Positions 1-12,170 of a DNA stretch of 64,000 nt are shown one piece after another. The translations under genes and the position numbers were made by a program. Below the pieces are notes generated by a model. That model did no database searches, was not told the origin of the DNA, and saw only the letters and a program-made list of their open reading frames with translations. Position 1 is the first letter of the stretch, and each line of letters opens with the position of its first letter. Source of the stretch: Eledone cirrhosa (lineage: Eukaryota). The stretch covers positions 10,726,001 to 10,790,000 of the forward strand of contig OZ024763.1 in the NCBI GenBank assembly GCA_964016885.1, read 5' to 3'.

Positions 1-210
1 CAGCCCCTTAGCCTCGCCATCACCTCACCTTACTAAGGTGTCAGGGGATGTCTAGTGAGGGTGCCAGGTTATATCAGTCCCTTAGCCTCGCCATCACCTC
101 ACCTTACCGAGATGTCAGGGGATGTCTGTGAGGGTGCCAGGTTATTTCAGCCCCTTAGCCCCGCCATCACCGTAATACTGCAAGCGTATTGGCTTGCCTC
201 AAAGTATTGA
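1..210 (+). repeat. ~77-bp tandem repeat derived from the 3' coding end of a CRE-type retroelement
   Basis: Unit ctcaccttac.aaggtgtcaggggatgtc...ggttat.tcagccccttagcctcgccatcac recurs 2-3 times. It resembles 9278-9363 and 5350-5510. Confidence 0.6.
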
Positions 211-539
211 GTTAACCCCTAAGATGTGAGGTGCAGCTGACTATTGCACTTAATGCTGAATCACCCCCCCCCCCCACACTTTTTTATCATCATCATCATC
301 ATCACCGTTTTACGTCCGTTCTTCCACGCTAGCATGGGTTAGACAGGTTGTCCTGTTGTGAGCAGTGTCTGCTCGGCTGATCTTGTCTTGCTCATACGGA
401 AACTGATTTTGGCTTGATTTCTACAGCTGGATGCCCTTCCTAACACAAACCTCATTTACAGTGAGTGCTGGGTGCATTTTTGCCGTGGCACCTACACGTC
501 CACTTTACAGTGGAATGATAGGGACCCCAGTCCCTATCA

Positions 540-675
540 TCTCATTTCTACAGCTGAGTAAACTGGAGCAATGTGAAATAAAGTGTCTTGCTCAAGGAAA
601 CAACACATCACCTGGTCTGAGAATTGAACTCACAACCTTTCGATTGCAAGGCCAATGCTCTAACCACTAAGCCAT
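540..675 (-). mobile_element. tRNA-derived SINE
   Basis: Minus strand has box A-like tggcttagtgg, box B-like gttcaattc and the ccttgagcaagacactttatttcac core. The same family is at 42442-42560 and 63370-63490. Confidence 0.7.
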
Positions 676-875
676 GTTCTCTCTTTTATGTGTTTATATT
701 TGTATATATCATTCGTTTGTGTTTTTGTTCTAAAAGTTTTATATTATTATGAAAAAAATGGATGTAAAATGACGATGGCAGTAGTCATGTACAAAAGTCA
801 AAAACGTCTTGCTAATATGGTTTCATGCAGTAGAGGACATTAGAAATTAAACAGACATATAAAAAGCACACTGAC

Positions 876-976
876 CTTCTTCTGTCAGTTGACCATTGTC
901 CACTAAGTTGAGAGGTATAACATCTTGGTCAACACCAAGCTCCAGTCTCCGGACCCTGTCCTTCTCAATGTATGAC
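876..976 (-). CDS. MRPL44: Mitochondrial ribosomal protein mL44, coding exon 4 (gene continues beyond the left edge)
   Basis: ttccag acceptor, gtcagt donor, 101 nt, phase fits exon 3. Encodes (K)SYIEKDRVRRLELGVDQDVIPLNLVDNGQLTEE(G), matching the mL44 segment YI..E..R..LG......LNL..N..L.E.G. Confidence 0.9.
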
Positions 977-1009
977 CTGGAAAATGAGAACGATGAATAT
1001 AGTAAGATT

Positions 1010-1187
1010 TTAACCCTGTTATTTCCATATTTCTAATGAAAGACAGTCTATGTCATTAACCCTTTCATTACCATATTTCTAATGAAAGACACTGTCTATG
1101 TCATTAACCCTTTCATTACCATATATCTAATGAAAGACACTGTCTATGTCTTTAACCCTTTCATTACCATATTTCTAATGAAAGACA
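1010..1187 (+). repeat. 48-bp minisatellite (TTAACCCTTT MITE-terminus family), ~3.5 copies
   Basis: Unit ttaaccctttcattaccatatttctaatgaaagacactgtctatgtca. Confidence 0.9.
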
Positions 1188-1192
1188 CAACA

Positions 1193-1452
1193 GTAGGGAA
1201 CAGATGAAATATAACTGTAAGGAACAGATGTGATATAACTGTAAGGAACAGATGTGATATAACTGTAAGGAACAGATGTGATATAACTGTAAGGAACAGA
1301 TGTGATATAACTGTAAGGAACAGATGTGATATAACTGTAGGGAACAGATGTGATATAACTGTAGGGAACAGATGTGATACAATACTAGAGAACAGATGTG
1401 ATACAATAGTATGAAATATGAGGATGTTAAGACAATGGGAAACAGATGTGAA
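1193..1452 (+). repeat. 24-bp minisatellite
   Basis: Unit aggaacagatgtgatataactgta, ~10 copies, degenerating at the right. It explains the LYHICSLQ pseudo-ORF. Confidence 0.9.
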
Positions 1453-1952
1453 ACAACAAGAAACATGTAAAACTGGAGGTGGGAAATCTGGCCCTAGAAT
1501 ACTGCTTCAAAACAACTGGTTCAACTGGTCTGGAAGAACAGATATAACAATGAAGATGATGATGGTGGTAATGATACTGGTGGAGCAGATAAAAACTTTT
1601 AGAAATCTGGTACTTTATCAGTTATGATGAGTGTCTCAGTTGATTTGATCAACAAAACAACCTGCTTGAGAAATTTATCATGCAAGTGGCTGAGTGCTCC
1701 ACAGACAAATGTACCTTTAACGTAGTTCTCAGGGAGATTCAGCATGACAGAATGTAATATGGCTGGCCCTTCGATTTACAGGTACAATTCATTTAAACTA
1801 GCTGAGTGGACAGGAGTAATGTGAAATAAAGTGTCCTGCTCAAGGAGACTTCACGCCACTGAGAATCATCACGAGCTAAATACCACTAAGTCACACACAT
1901 TCTCAATGCTGTTAATACACACACTGAAAGTATAAAACTACAGCAGACTTAC

Positions 1953-2039
1953 TTATCTGTAAATATTACTCTCAATGTATTATCATTAAATTCTTCGCCC
2001 AGTCTTTTGCCAAAAGCAAATATTTCTGCATCATAATTC
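1953..2039 (-). CDS. MRPL44: mL44 coding exon 3
   Basis: ttgcag acceptor, gtaagt donor, 87 nt. Encodes (W)NYDAEIFAFGKRLGEEFNDNTLRVIFTD(K), the conserved mL44 W.Y.AEI.AFG.RL.E.F motif. Confidence 0.92.
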
Positions 2040-2354
2040 CTGCAATAGAAGAAATAATAACATTCTTTCAAAATCAAATTTTTTTTATTAGACAAGGTTA
2101 GGTATTTAACCCTTATCAACCCAGCCAAAACCACCACTACTTTTTTTTTATTTAACCCTTAAGCATTTCAATCGGCCATATCTGGCCAGAACTCTCTCAC
2201 TCCTTTTTGTTCAGAATGGCTGTAACTGGCTGCTCATACTGAGGTTGAGGTATTGTTCTCAAAATAAATAACACCAAAATCTCATAGATTCCAAATTATG
2301 TAATAAATTTTATATTACGAAGATAAAACATGTTCGCGCTATAAAAACCTTTAT

Positions 2355-3183
2355 GCGGGCTGCAGGTGTGCTTGTAAAGGGCTGCATGTGACCCGCGGGC
2401 TGCAGGTGTGCTTGTAAAGGGCTGCATGTGACCCGCGGGCTGCAGGTGTGCTTGTAAAGGGCTGCATGTGACCCGCGGGCTGCAGGTGTGCTTGTAAAGG
2501 GCTGCATGTGACCCGCGGGCTGCAGGTGTGCTTGTAAAGGGCTGCATGTGACCCGCGGGCCGCAGGTGTGCTTGTAAAGGGCTGCATGTGACCCGCGGGC
2601 CGCAGGTGTGCTTGTAAAGGGCTGCATGTGACCCGCGGGCCGCAGGTGTGCTTGTAAAGGGCTGCATGTGACCCGCGGGCCGCAGGTGTGCTTGTAAAGG
2701 GCTGCATGTGACCCGCGGGCCGCAGGTGTGCTTGTAAAGGGCTGCATGTGACCCGCGGGCTGCAGGTGTGCTTGTAAAGGGCTGCATGTGACCCGCGGGC
2801 TGCAGGTGTGCTTGTAAAGGGCTGCATGTGACCCGCGGGCTGCAGGTGTGCTTGTAAAGGGCTGCATGTGACCCGCGGGCCGCAGGTGTGCTTGTAAAGG
2901 GCTGCATGTGACCCGCGGGCTGCAGGTGTGCTTGTAAAGGGCTGCATGTGACCCGCGGGCTGCAGGTGTGCTTGTAAAGGGCTGCATGTGACCCGCGGGC
3001 TGCAGGTGTGCTTGTAAAGGGCTGCATGTGACCCGCGGGCCGCAGGTGTGCTTGTAAAGGGCTGCATGTGACCTGCGGGCTGCAGGTGTGCTTGTAAAGG
3101 GCTGCATGTGACCCGCGGGCCGCAGGTGTGCTTGTAAAGGGCTGCATGTGACCCGCGGGCAGCATGTTTACCATGCCTGCCCT
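2355..3183 (-). repeat. 40-bp GC-rich minisatellite (~20 copies) attached to a hAT-like MITE terminus
   Basis: Unit gcgggctgcaggtgtgcttgtaaagggctgcatgtgaccc. On the minus strand the right end reads tagggcaggcatggtaaacatgctgcccgcgggtc, like hAT MITE ends. Confidence 0.85.
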
Positions 3184-4113
3184 AACGCTGTGTGTCATTC
3201 ATTAGAAGTGGCTAAATGGGTGATGGCAGGAAAGGCATGTGGTCATAAAACATTACTGTAAAAATGAACCCTATGAAAAGTATGATGCTTGTTATGGGGC
3301 CTGCAAGGCTAACGTCTACTTTAGCTATGTCAAGGAGCCTTCAAGGCTAACCCTTGTTTTAGCAATTTTTAGACTAATTTTTATATATTACTTAAGACAG
3401 AGTTGTTAGAACATCAAATAGAATGCTTTGCAGTATTCATTTCAGCTCTCGCCTCTCTCAGTTCAAATCCCGCCAAGGTCAACTTTGCCTTTCATCCTTT
3501 CAAGGTCGATAAAAAAAGTACCAGTCAAATACTGGGGTTGATTCTTCCTCTATATCTGTTTCTTACTTCCGTTCTCTCAGATTCGATCCTTCTCTGGAAG
3601 CAATCTGCTGTGTTCAGACCTAAAGAGGAGATGGGCTCTGCCAGGTTTTAAAAAGTGCCCTAGAAACGCTGTATGTCAATACTTCACTCCTACGACTCCC
3701 TCAAGGGTTTATGGACAGAATTGAATTGAATATACTACTTAGTATTGTAGAACCAAAAATGGTAGTTTCATGTGGTTTGGTACCAAATAATTTAATAAGA
3801 ATTCTGAATCAGTCCAAGTAAAAATGGTTTATGATAGGTCATACACTAGTTTTGTATAAGTATTACAAAATTTTATAATGATTTTATTTGATGTTATCCA
3901 CTAAAATTACCTGTCATGTGGCAGGTAATACTCAAGTTTTTACTATGAAAAAAAAAAGTAAAGGAGCTGATCATCAGATTGAACCAAAGAAACAATATTT
4001 CCACAGGTCTTTCCATTGCTAATAAGAGGAAGCTTCAACAAGTACGAGAAGGTATTTAACCCAATAGAGCAAATTTTACTATTAAACCCCAGGCAAAAGG
4101 TAGAATATCTTAC

Positions 4114-4255
4114 CAATTGATCCATTCAGAGCGATGTCTCTCCTTTTCAGGTCCAGCTCTCAGTCTTCTGTTGTACATCTCATTGAGGTAAGGGAACAAC
4201 GACTTCTTATAACTGCGGCAGGCAGTTGTTACACTGGTGGGAGGTACACATAAAA
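4114..4255 (-). CDS. MRPL44: mL44 coding exon 2
   Basis: tgcag acceptor, gtaag donor, 142 nt. Encodes (I)LCVPPTSVTTACRSYKKSLFPYLNEMYNRRLRAGPEKERHRSEWIN(W); phases fit exons 1 and 3. Confidence 0.9.
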
Positions 4256-4969
4256 CTGCATACATAAAAATACAAAACAAACTAACATTAAAACCATTGA
4301 TATAGCATTTAGGATAGTGTAGGTGTGTAGCCTAGTGTTAGGGCATTAGACATGCAATCATAAGGTTGTATTCTTGAGCAATACTCTTCATTTCACATTG
4401 CTTTTCGTGATAGGACTTGGATCTCTAATTATTAAAAGACCTAAGATCACTCCTATGAAATATAAACTTGTAGGAGGCCAACAAAACATACATAGCTGTA
4501 AGCTGAAATAACAAAACGATATGACTGAGGCCACAGGCTCTCAAACTGTTTGCCCCCCCCCCCCCCCCCCCCTTACGTCTACATAATACCCTCAGTACCC
4601 CCCAGCCCAGAGAGATCTACCTACACACAAATTGTAAATAATATATAATAAATAAAATCATTAATACATATATAATAAATAATATAATATATACTATGTA
4701 TAAATAAATAAAATATGTATCATTTGATATTTAATATACTATTATATCATGTCTACCACCCCTGGGGAGCAGCAGCGCCCACTTAGAGAACCTCTGATTT
4801 AAGCACTCAAGAAACTACCTATAAGATGTAACCATGTAGGAGGCCAGCTAAACCTGCATAGAGGGGAGCTGTATATTTAATTTAAGATAAAGCCTGTAAA
4901 GTATGAATTGAGTGAACATTAGGGTAAGGGGGGTTGTTTGGTTTTGTTGAGGACTTAGGAATCTTTCCT

Positions 4970-5200
4970 CTGCTGGTGCCACAATAAAATACACCCAGTA
5001 CACTCTGTAAAGTGGTAGTGCTATGATAAAATACACCCAGTACACTCTGTAAAGTGGTAACGCTATGATAAAATGCATCCAGTACACTCTGTCAAGTAGT
5101 AGTGCTGGTGCCATGATAAAATGCACCAAGCTCTTTCTGTGAAGTGGTAGTGCTGATGGTACAATAAAATACACCCAGTACACTCTGTCAAGTGGTTGAC
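4970..5200 (+). repeat. Degenerate ~46-52-bp tandem repeat from a SINE/RTE-tail sequence
   Basis: Repeated ataaaatacacccagtacactctgtaaagtggt. Confidence 0.7.
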
Positions 5201-5575
5201 ATTAGGAGTGACATCCAAGTGCTAACCATAACTATTCCCCTAATCCTAACATATATGTGAATGTTTTTATTTTCTTGGAGATCTATTGTTAATGTTTCCA
5301 TTTTCTTTTGAACATATACCTAGGATTAACGAAGCTTTTGTTATCTCTGCCAGCTCATGTTAGTGAAGTATCAGATAATGTTCCTGGTGAGAGTACTTAG
5401 CTATTTCAGCACCTCAGCCTCGCTATCACTCGGGCTTACTGAGGTATACAGTAATGCTCCTGCTGTGGGTACTTAGCTATTTCAGCACCTCAGCCTCGCT
5501 ATCACCTGTCCCTGGCTGTCACCTACCATGAACAAAGTTTGGGAACCAGTAGTTTAGAAGCTGCATCATGTGGTT

Positions 5576-5991
5576 TTACCTTTCACTACCATATTTCTAA
5601 TGACAGACTCTGCCTGTGGGTTTCAAATAATTTTGAAAATAATCAAGAATTTGGAAGGGTTTAATAATGGTTTCTACTGTAGGCACAAGGCCAGCAGTTA
5701 ATTCAATCGACCCAGTGCATTACTGGTACTTTATTTTATTGACCCCGTAAGGATGAAAGGCAAAGCTAACTTCGGCGGGATTTGAACTCAGAACGTAAAT
5801 GGTCATAACTCTATGCTATGAAGTATGGTTTTCGACGCTTTACCGATCTGCCAATCCATAATAATTACTAAGTTGGCGTTTGGAATATAACTTAACAAAG
5901 GTTCTTATATAAATATAAACATTTTAAAACGAACAGTTTTGTATTGTAGAACCAAGAGCGGTTTCAGGGAGGTCGGTATCAAAAGGGTTAA
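5576..5991 (+). mobile_element. piggyBac-like MITE with a SINE inserted at ~5665-5860
   Basis: Left end ttacctttcactacc, right end ggtatcaaaagggttaa (TTAA/CCCTTT-type termini). The body matches 10283-10440 and, reversed, 49490-49660. Confidence 0.6.
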
Positions 5992-6049
5992 TTTCTCCAT
6001 CTTTTAAAATAAGATAACATGATTTGATGGAGAATTGGTTGTTGTTTCT

Positions 6050-6665
6050 AGCTATCTATTTAAGGCTATGGTGCGGCCACACTTAGAATTTGCATCACCA
6101 GTCTGGAACCTCTATCTTGCTCAGAACATTGACCGCCTGGAAACTGTTCAGAGACGTGCAACCAAGCGAATACCCTCCATCAGGCATCTACAATACTCTG
6201 GACGCCTTGCTTCCCTGGGCATGGATACATTGAAGCTCTGCGCCTGGCAACTGACTTGGTAAACACCCACAAAATTGTTAACCATGTTGCCAACAACAAC
6301 CCTGAGTACCTTTTTGATCTCCATGTGTCTAACACACGTGGACATGCCCACAAAGTAAGAAAACAGCACAGTTCCCATGACTTTCGGAAACATTTTTTCA
6401 CGCTCAGAGTTGCTGAAGCATGGAACAAACTACTTGCATCGGTTGTTAGCTGTCGAGACACTGCATCCTTTAAACCTCCATGCTTCCCGAGATTCGCCAA
6501 CATTACACCTAATGTTCCCCCTCCATACACATACACACATGTACATCATCACTCATACACTATTCACTTCCCTGACATTTGTATATTTTTCTATGTACTA
6601 TACATGCACCTTTGACGAGTTGTAGTGCACCTGAGCACTTTACACAATAATTTCATTATTATTAT
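6050..6665 (+). mobile_element. 5'-truncated CR1-group LINE 3' end
   Basis: KAMVRPHLEFASPVW...LETVQRRATKRIP and FRKHFFTLRVAEAWNKL motifs, a frameshift and an (ATT)n tail. The same tail is at ~57430-57585. Confidence 0.85.
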
Positions 6666-6990
6666 ATCCAACGTCTGTGCCATTGGGTTGTTTTAGGGAA
6701 AAGTGAACCCTGTCAGAACAAGACATATGATAAAAGGTATTCCAATCATGTCTTTTCAGGAATACTTTATCTCACATTACATCATCTAGTAAGTTCTTCC
6801 ATATTTTTATTATTAAAAGAAGACATCGGTGTGATATTAGCTGTTATTTCTAGCAAGCCAAGTTCCCCCGTGTTTATATAGAAGCACAAGGTCATTAAAG
6901 TCTTCGGTTGTTAAACACTTACAAATGAAAAAAAAAAAATTATTTATAAACAAATAATTGTATGGAGTATTAAAGAAGGCAATACATTAC

Positions 6991-7075
6991 TTTGTTGGGT
7001 CTTTGTGGAGGCCATTGGAAGGCGGCCGGGTGAAATATTTCGACAACAAAATAGAAACATTCGTTGAGACGCCAT
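6991..7075 (-). CDS. MRPL44: mL44 coding exon 1 (mitochondrial presequence-like)
   Basis: aagATGGcg start, MASQRMFLFCCRNISPGRLPMASTKTQQ plus 1 nt, gtaatg donor. The phase joins exon 2 in frame. The peptide is Arg/Ser-rich with no acidic residues. Confidence 0.8.
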
Positions 7076-7316
7076 CTTGCCATCTGCTGTTACTGTTGTT
7101 GTTTTAGTACCAACATCTATCTAGCCATTTAAAGATTTAAAAACACATTTTTATTATATAAATTTGTTTAAATGATGAAGAAATCGATTTAGAAGTATTT
7201 AACAAGATATTTTAAAGTGTAAAACCTTAAAAAAATTAACGTTGGTTTTACGAAACTAAATCCCCGAATAATTGTCCTATGTAAGTTAATGGTGTACCTG
7301 ATTGTTCACCACAAAT
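7076..7316. promoter_or_regulatory. Putative bidirectional promoter and 5'UTRs of MRPL44 and MRPL57
   Basis: 241 bp lie between the divergent ATGs. YY1-like GCCATCTTG/GCCATCT motifs at 7071-7085 overlap the MRPL44 start. Confidence 0.7.
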
Positions 7317-7384
7317 ATGAGATTAACGTTGGTTTGTAGTTTCTTTAAGAAACTTGAACATATACCTGGTCACATACTTAAAGG
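7317..7384 (+). CDS. MRPL57: Mitochondrial ribosomal protein mL63 (MRP63), coding exon 1
   Basis: MRLTLVCSFFKKLEHIPGHILK(G), gtaagt donor. It matches the mL63 N-terminus M.LT......IPG....GK. Confidence 0.88.
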
Positions 7385-8639
7385 GTAAGTTTAATGGTAA
7401 TCACCTTCAATTGTTTCCATGTTATTTGGTACGAACATTTTGTTTTTCTCGGTTGGTTCCATCATATTTATAATCAAAGATGCTCAAGCCATAACTACCG
7501 TCTTTTTTAAGGAGAAGCTGTACAGGACTACACTTTTTAATGTTATTTTAAGTGACAATAGGATATTATTTGGGATTTACTTGCTATTTCTAGCAGGGTT
7601 GCCATCTCACAGGCTTCCCTGTCAGCTCTGACCAAACAAATCAAGTCATCATAGACGATAGCAAGATTTTAGTCCCTTGTTATGATTCTGTTCTCATTTA
7701 AAATGCTTTATAGTAGGGTTACCCAAACCTTTTAGACTATGGATCATTTTTATGACAGTAAACTGGTTTGTGGAGAAGCTGGAAAGTTAAAAGATTGGCA
7801 TTACGAAGGGCATCCCACTGCAGAAACCTTTGTTCAGTTGATTCAAGGACATGGCAACCTCTCCTAGTACTAGTGATACGATAGAGTCCTATGACCAGGC
7901 TGCATTGCTCAAACGATTTGCAGGCCTTCTTATGCGTTTTCAACCCGGACCACAGCAACAAATTCCCTCCACCACACATCTTGGTCCAACATCACTGCCT
8001 TGATGTTCTGGATGCAGTCCAGGCCAGGCCAGTGTCTTTGATCAGGCTGTCGATGTAAATGTATCAGTGTTTTCCTCTCCTTACAACTTCATGAAATGGG
8101 TTCCAAAGGACCAACTTGGGTACTTCCAGTTCAAGGTGCCACACAATGACCAAATATGTGGAGCTGTCTTTGCCTGATCTTTGTGATAACTTTTGGCAGG
8201 TCTCCATAGAGGCATTTATTTGTCATCTGTTGCTACCATTTCACATTAAGGTCCATTGGTAGCAGCTGTTTAGCCCACTTGTTAACTTCTCAGTCAGTGT
8301 CTATGTTTCACTGCCATATAAAAGTATAGATTCAACAGTTGCAAGGAACAGTTTGATTTTGATCCTTCTTGGCAGTTTGGAGTGTCAGATTTTCTTTAGT
8401 TTGTGACAGGCTGTCCATGTTTACACCTTCCTCACCTTGATATTTACTTCAGGACTGTTCACCCAACTACCTAAGTACCTTAAAGTCTTCAACAAAGTTC
8501 AATTTGGAACCACTCAATGAGAACAGTTTGGTGTTACTCAGGTCTATGCCTGCATAAATGCTCGTCTCTGATTCTTCCCTGATTTCTTTCCTCCATCCAT
8601 GCTTGCTCACCTCTGGTGGGGAATATCCTTTCCTTTCCA

Positions 8640-9390
8640 ACATGGACTAGTTACAACAGGGAGATGGCAGGAGCTAGTTAAACTGAAGCAGAGAGTTTGG
8701 GACAATTTATGTTCAAGAGACACTTTCAATTTCCTCTTTGATCAATTCTCAAGGTGCTACTTATATTCCACCAGTACAACATTTTCGAGGAACTAGGATG
8801 ATGCCCTGCCTGTGACCAATATTGGTGTTGTACCTAGTCTGGATGAGCTCCACATCTCCATTGCACTCAGAGTGGGAGCCGATAACTGTGGGGGATTTAA
8901 ATGTTGTTATGGCTGGTCCCTTCACTCCACAGGTTTTCATGGATTGTCTCGCTGCTTGAATACTTTATTTACCATATCAAGCTAAACGTAATTACTAAGC
9001 CGGCCCTAACTCCAGCAAATAGCCCCTCAATTCTAGAGCCAGCTAGATTGTTCTGGGTTGATGGGAAGGGGCCAGATAGTCTTACCCCTTACCCTTAGCT
9101 TAGAGACAGATGTCTCATTTGGTATACCACAGTCAATGACTCTTTTGCTCCTTCATACATCTTGTATGCTGCAGTAAAGGTAGCCAAATGGAATAAAATT
9201 CTAAAATACCAGGAGTTTTTTTCAGTCTGTGGTGTTAGAGACGTTTGGAGGAACTGGGTTGCTGACGATGTCGGCAGCTCACCTTACCAAGGTATCAGGT
9301 GATGTCCTCAAAGGTGCTTGGTTATTCCAGCATCTTAGCCTCACTATCACTCGCACTAATGCTGTGTGTTTATTTGAGGGTGTCCCCAGT
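8640..9390 (+). mobile_element. Degenerate CRE-clade non-LTR retrotransposon, restriction-like endonuclease region
   Basis: Broken frames give QRVWD, IALRVG, LEPARLFWVDGKGPDSLTPYP and VLETFG...WLFQHLSLTITRTNA. These match CRE RLE motifs DGKRPDG and ET.G...FQRLS.A.QRGNA. Confidence 0.7.
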
Positions 9391-9636
9391 GATCCTTGTT
9401 ATAGCATGTCATTGAATGTGCGGCTCTTTTGCCCCTTCATTTCTAATCATTGTTCTCCTTCTTGTTTATTTTTCAAGTATATATTATATTTTGTGAAGCT
9501 GTAGAAACCTTTCCAAAATTAAAACATGTAAGAGAGATGTTGCTACTAGTTTGTATAGGAAGGCAGTAACTTGAATTATCTACTGATTTGGTCTGTAACA
9601 ACTACTAAAACCCTTGCCAGCATGGAAAATTACACA

Positions 9637-10283
9637 TTAACCCTTTCATTACCATATTTCTAATGAAAGACACTGTCTATGTCTTTAGCCCTTTCATTAC
9701 CATATTTCTAATCAAAGACACTGTCTATGTCATTAACCCTTTCATTACCATATTTCTAATGAAAGACACTGTCTATGTCATTAACCCTTTCATTACCATA
9801 TTTCTAATGAAAGACACTGTCTATGTCATTAACCCTTTCATTACCATATTTCTAATGAAAGACACTGTCCATGTCATTAACCCTTTCATTACCATATTTC
9901 TAATGAAAGACACTGTCCATGTCATTAACCCTTTCATTACCATATTTCTAATGAAAGACACTGTCTATGTCATTAACCCTTTCATTACCATATTTCTAAT
10001 GAAAGACACTGTCTATGTCATTAACCCTTTCATTACCATATTTCTAATCAAAGACACTGTCTATGTCATTAACCCTTTCATTACCATATTTCTAATGAAA
10101 GACACTGTCTATGTCATTAACCCTTTCATTACCATATTTCTAATGAAAGACACTGTCTATGTCATTAACCCTTTCATTACCATATTTCTAATCAAGGACA
10201 CTGTCTATGTCATTAACCCTTTCATTACCATATTTCTAATGAAAGACACTGTCTATGTCTTTAACCCTTTCATTACCATATTC
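9637..10283 (+). repeat. 48-bp minisatellite, ~13 copies, followed by MITE body
   Basis: Same unit as 1010-1187. It explains the MKDTVYVINPFITIFL ORF. Confidence 0.92.
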
Positions 10284-12062
10284 AACTGCCTATGATTTAA
10301 AAATAATTTTTGAAAATAACTCAGAATTTAGAAGGATTTAGTAATATAACTCACTATTAACTGGTGCTTGGAACAAATTAACAAAGTGTCTTGTATAAAA
10401 TTATGATGGACAGTTTTAGATAAAAATGAATACTTTAAAACAACAGATCTGTATTTGGTGGTGGTTTGTTACTGAATTGGTTAAATGATGATGATGATGA
10501 TTCTGGGATGGAAACATTAAGTAAGCAGAAAAAATCACTATCAGGGTCCCCAGTACTGGGAGCATGGTAGGGGGAAGTTATCCTTGGAATGGACTCCAGA
10601 TAGGAATGTTTGCAACAGTGTGGGCTCAAATAAAAGCATCCAAGTTTCTAATGAGAGTGTTAAACACCTAAAAACAGAAATAGGCCCTTCGACAGGCTTC
10701 CACACAGTTTCTGCCTACCAAATATAAATCCCAATACTTTGATTGTACAGACTGCTGTAAATTAGGGGCAAGGATCCACACAGTAAGACTGAACCTGACA
10801 CCGTTTATAAAGTGAATTTGTTAACCACCAGACAACAAGTGGTGTGCAATAGTGAGCTGGTATGGGCATGTGATGTGCATGGATGATGATTGCTGAGGGA
10901 AGAAGTACCAGAAGTTCTCAGTAGAAGGAAGCTATAGTAGAGGAAGACCTGAACAGAGAGAAAAGCTGGGTATAAAAGGAATGAGATGTAGAGTACAGTA
11001 GAGAAAACTGCACTGGTATGGACATGTGATGTTTATGGTAGGAAGTCGCATTAGAGGTAGACCACGGATGACCTGGCAGAAGTTCTGAGAGCTGATCTCA
11101 AATCACAGAAGTGGAAGGAGATGCTGTGCTGAAAAGGACCCGTTCAACCCTTGCAATCGTGCAAAAACGACGGCGATGACGAAAGCCATAAAGTTTAACA
11201 ATTATACTTTCTTTGGTAAGTGTTGTTGTTGAGTGCCAGGGTTGCAATCATTGATCAATGGCATTCCAACCATGACCATTCTGTCTGTATATCATGAACC
11301 ACATTGTCCAACGTTTCCTCGGATTAAATTATAGGTTATCTACCCTGGATGCAGAGTTATCTCCTCTTTATTTCAAGGTCATTCTTCTCATATAAAAGGT
11401 CACCAATTATTGAAAATTCTAACAGAGTTCTCTCCCTTAATTGAAGCAAGTAATAACAAAACACTTGAAATAATTAGCCTCGCGAGGGCTGGGGTTTAAT
11501 CCCACAGTGTGGCACATTGTGCAACTATCTTCTACTATAACATTCAGTCGACCAATACCTTGTGACTGAGATTTGGTAGTTCATTGTATGTATAAATCTG
11601 TGAAATTATCAGAATAGATGCAGTTAAAAAAACCTGCTAGACCATTACTTACTTGGGGTAAGTGAGTCTGGTAATATGAAGGAGTCAGGACCCTGACGGC
11701 TGAGCTCCTGTCGAAACAGCAGGAGCTCAGCCGTCAGGATCGTGACTCCTTACATATATATCATAGATTCAGTTAGAAACTCAAAATAGTCTTTTACAAT
11801 TAAATAGCTCAAGGAAGGGAATCTTTCCGAGCCGTGTAATATAATTTGATATATGAGAGGGGTGAACACAGATGCAAGTATACATGTGTTCCAATTGTAA
11901 ATGACCAAGTTAACTAGGTTGAAAAAATACTAATTTAAAACAATATGGTTTGCCTGACTCGATTTAAATCAATAAAAATAACAAACCTATATACCTATGC
12001 TTGGTCATTTACAATTGGAACACATGTATACTTATATCTGTGTTAATCCCTCTCAGATATCC

Positions 12063-12117
<55 letters not shown>

Positions 12118-12170
12118 AAAAAAGAAAGAATGACTTCACTTGTAGTTCTAAACAATTTAATTTTATATTA

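Noticed and set aside
2296-3198. Three overlapping 238-300 aa ORFs
   Set aside because: Artefact of a stop-free 40-bp repeat inside an intron.
9637-10295. 210-aa repeat protein or telomere-like TTAACCC array
   Set aside because: It is a 48-bp MITE-terminus minisatellite; the telomere-like word occurs once per unit.
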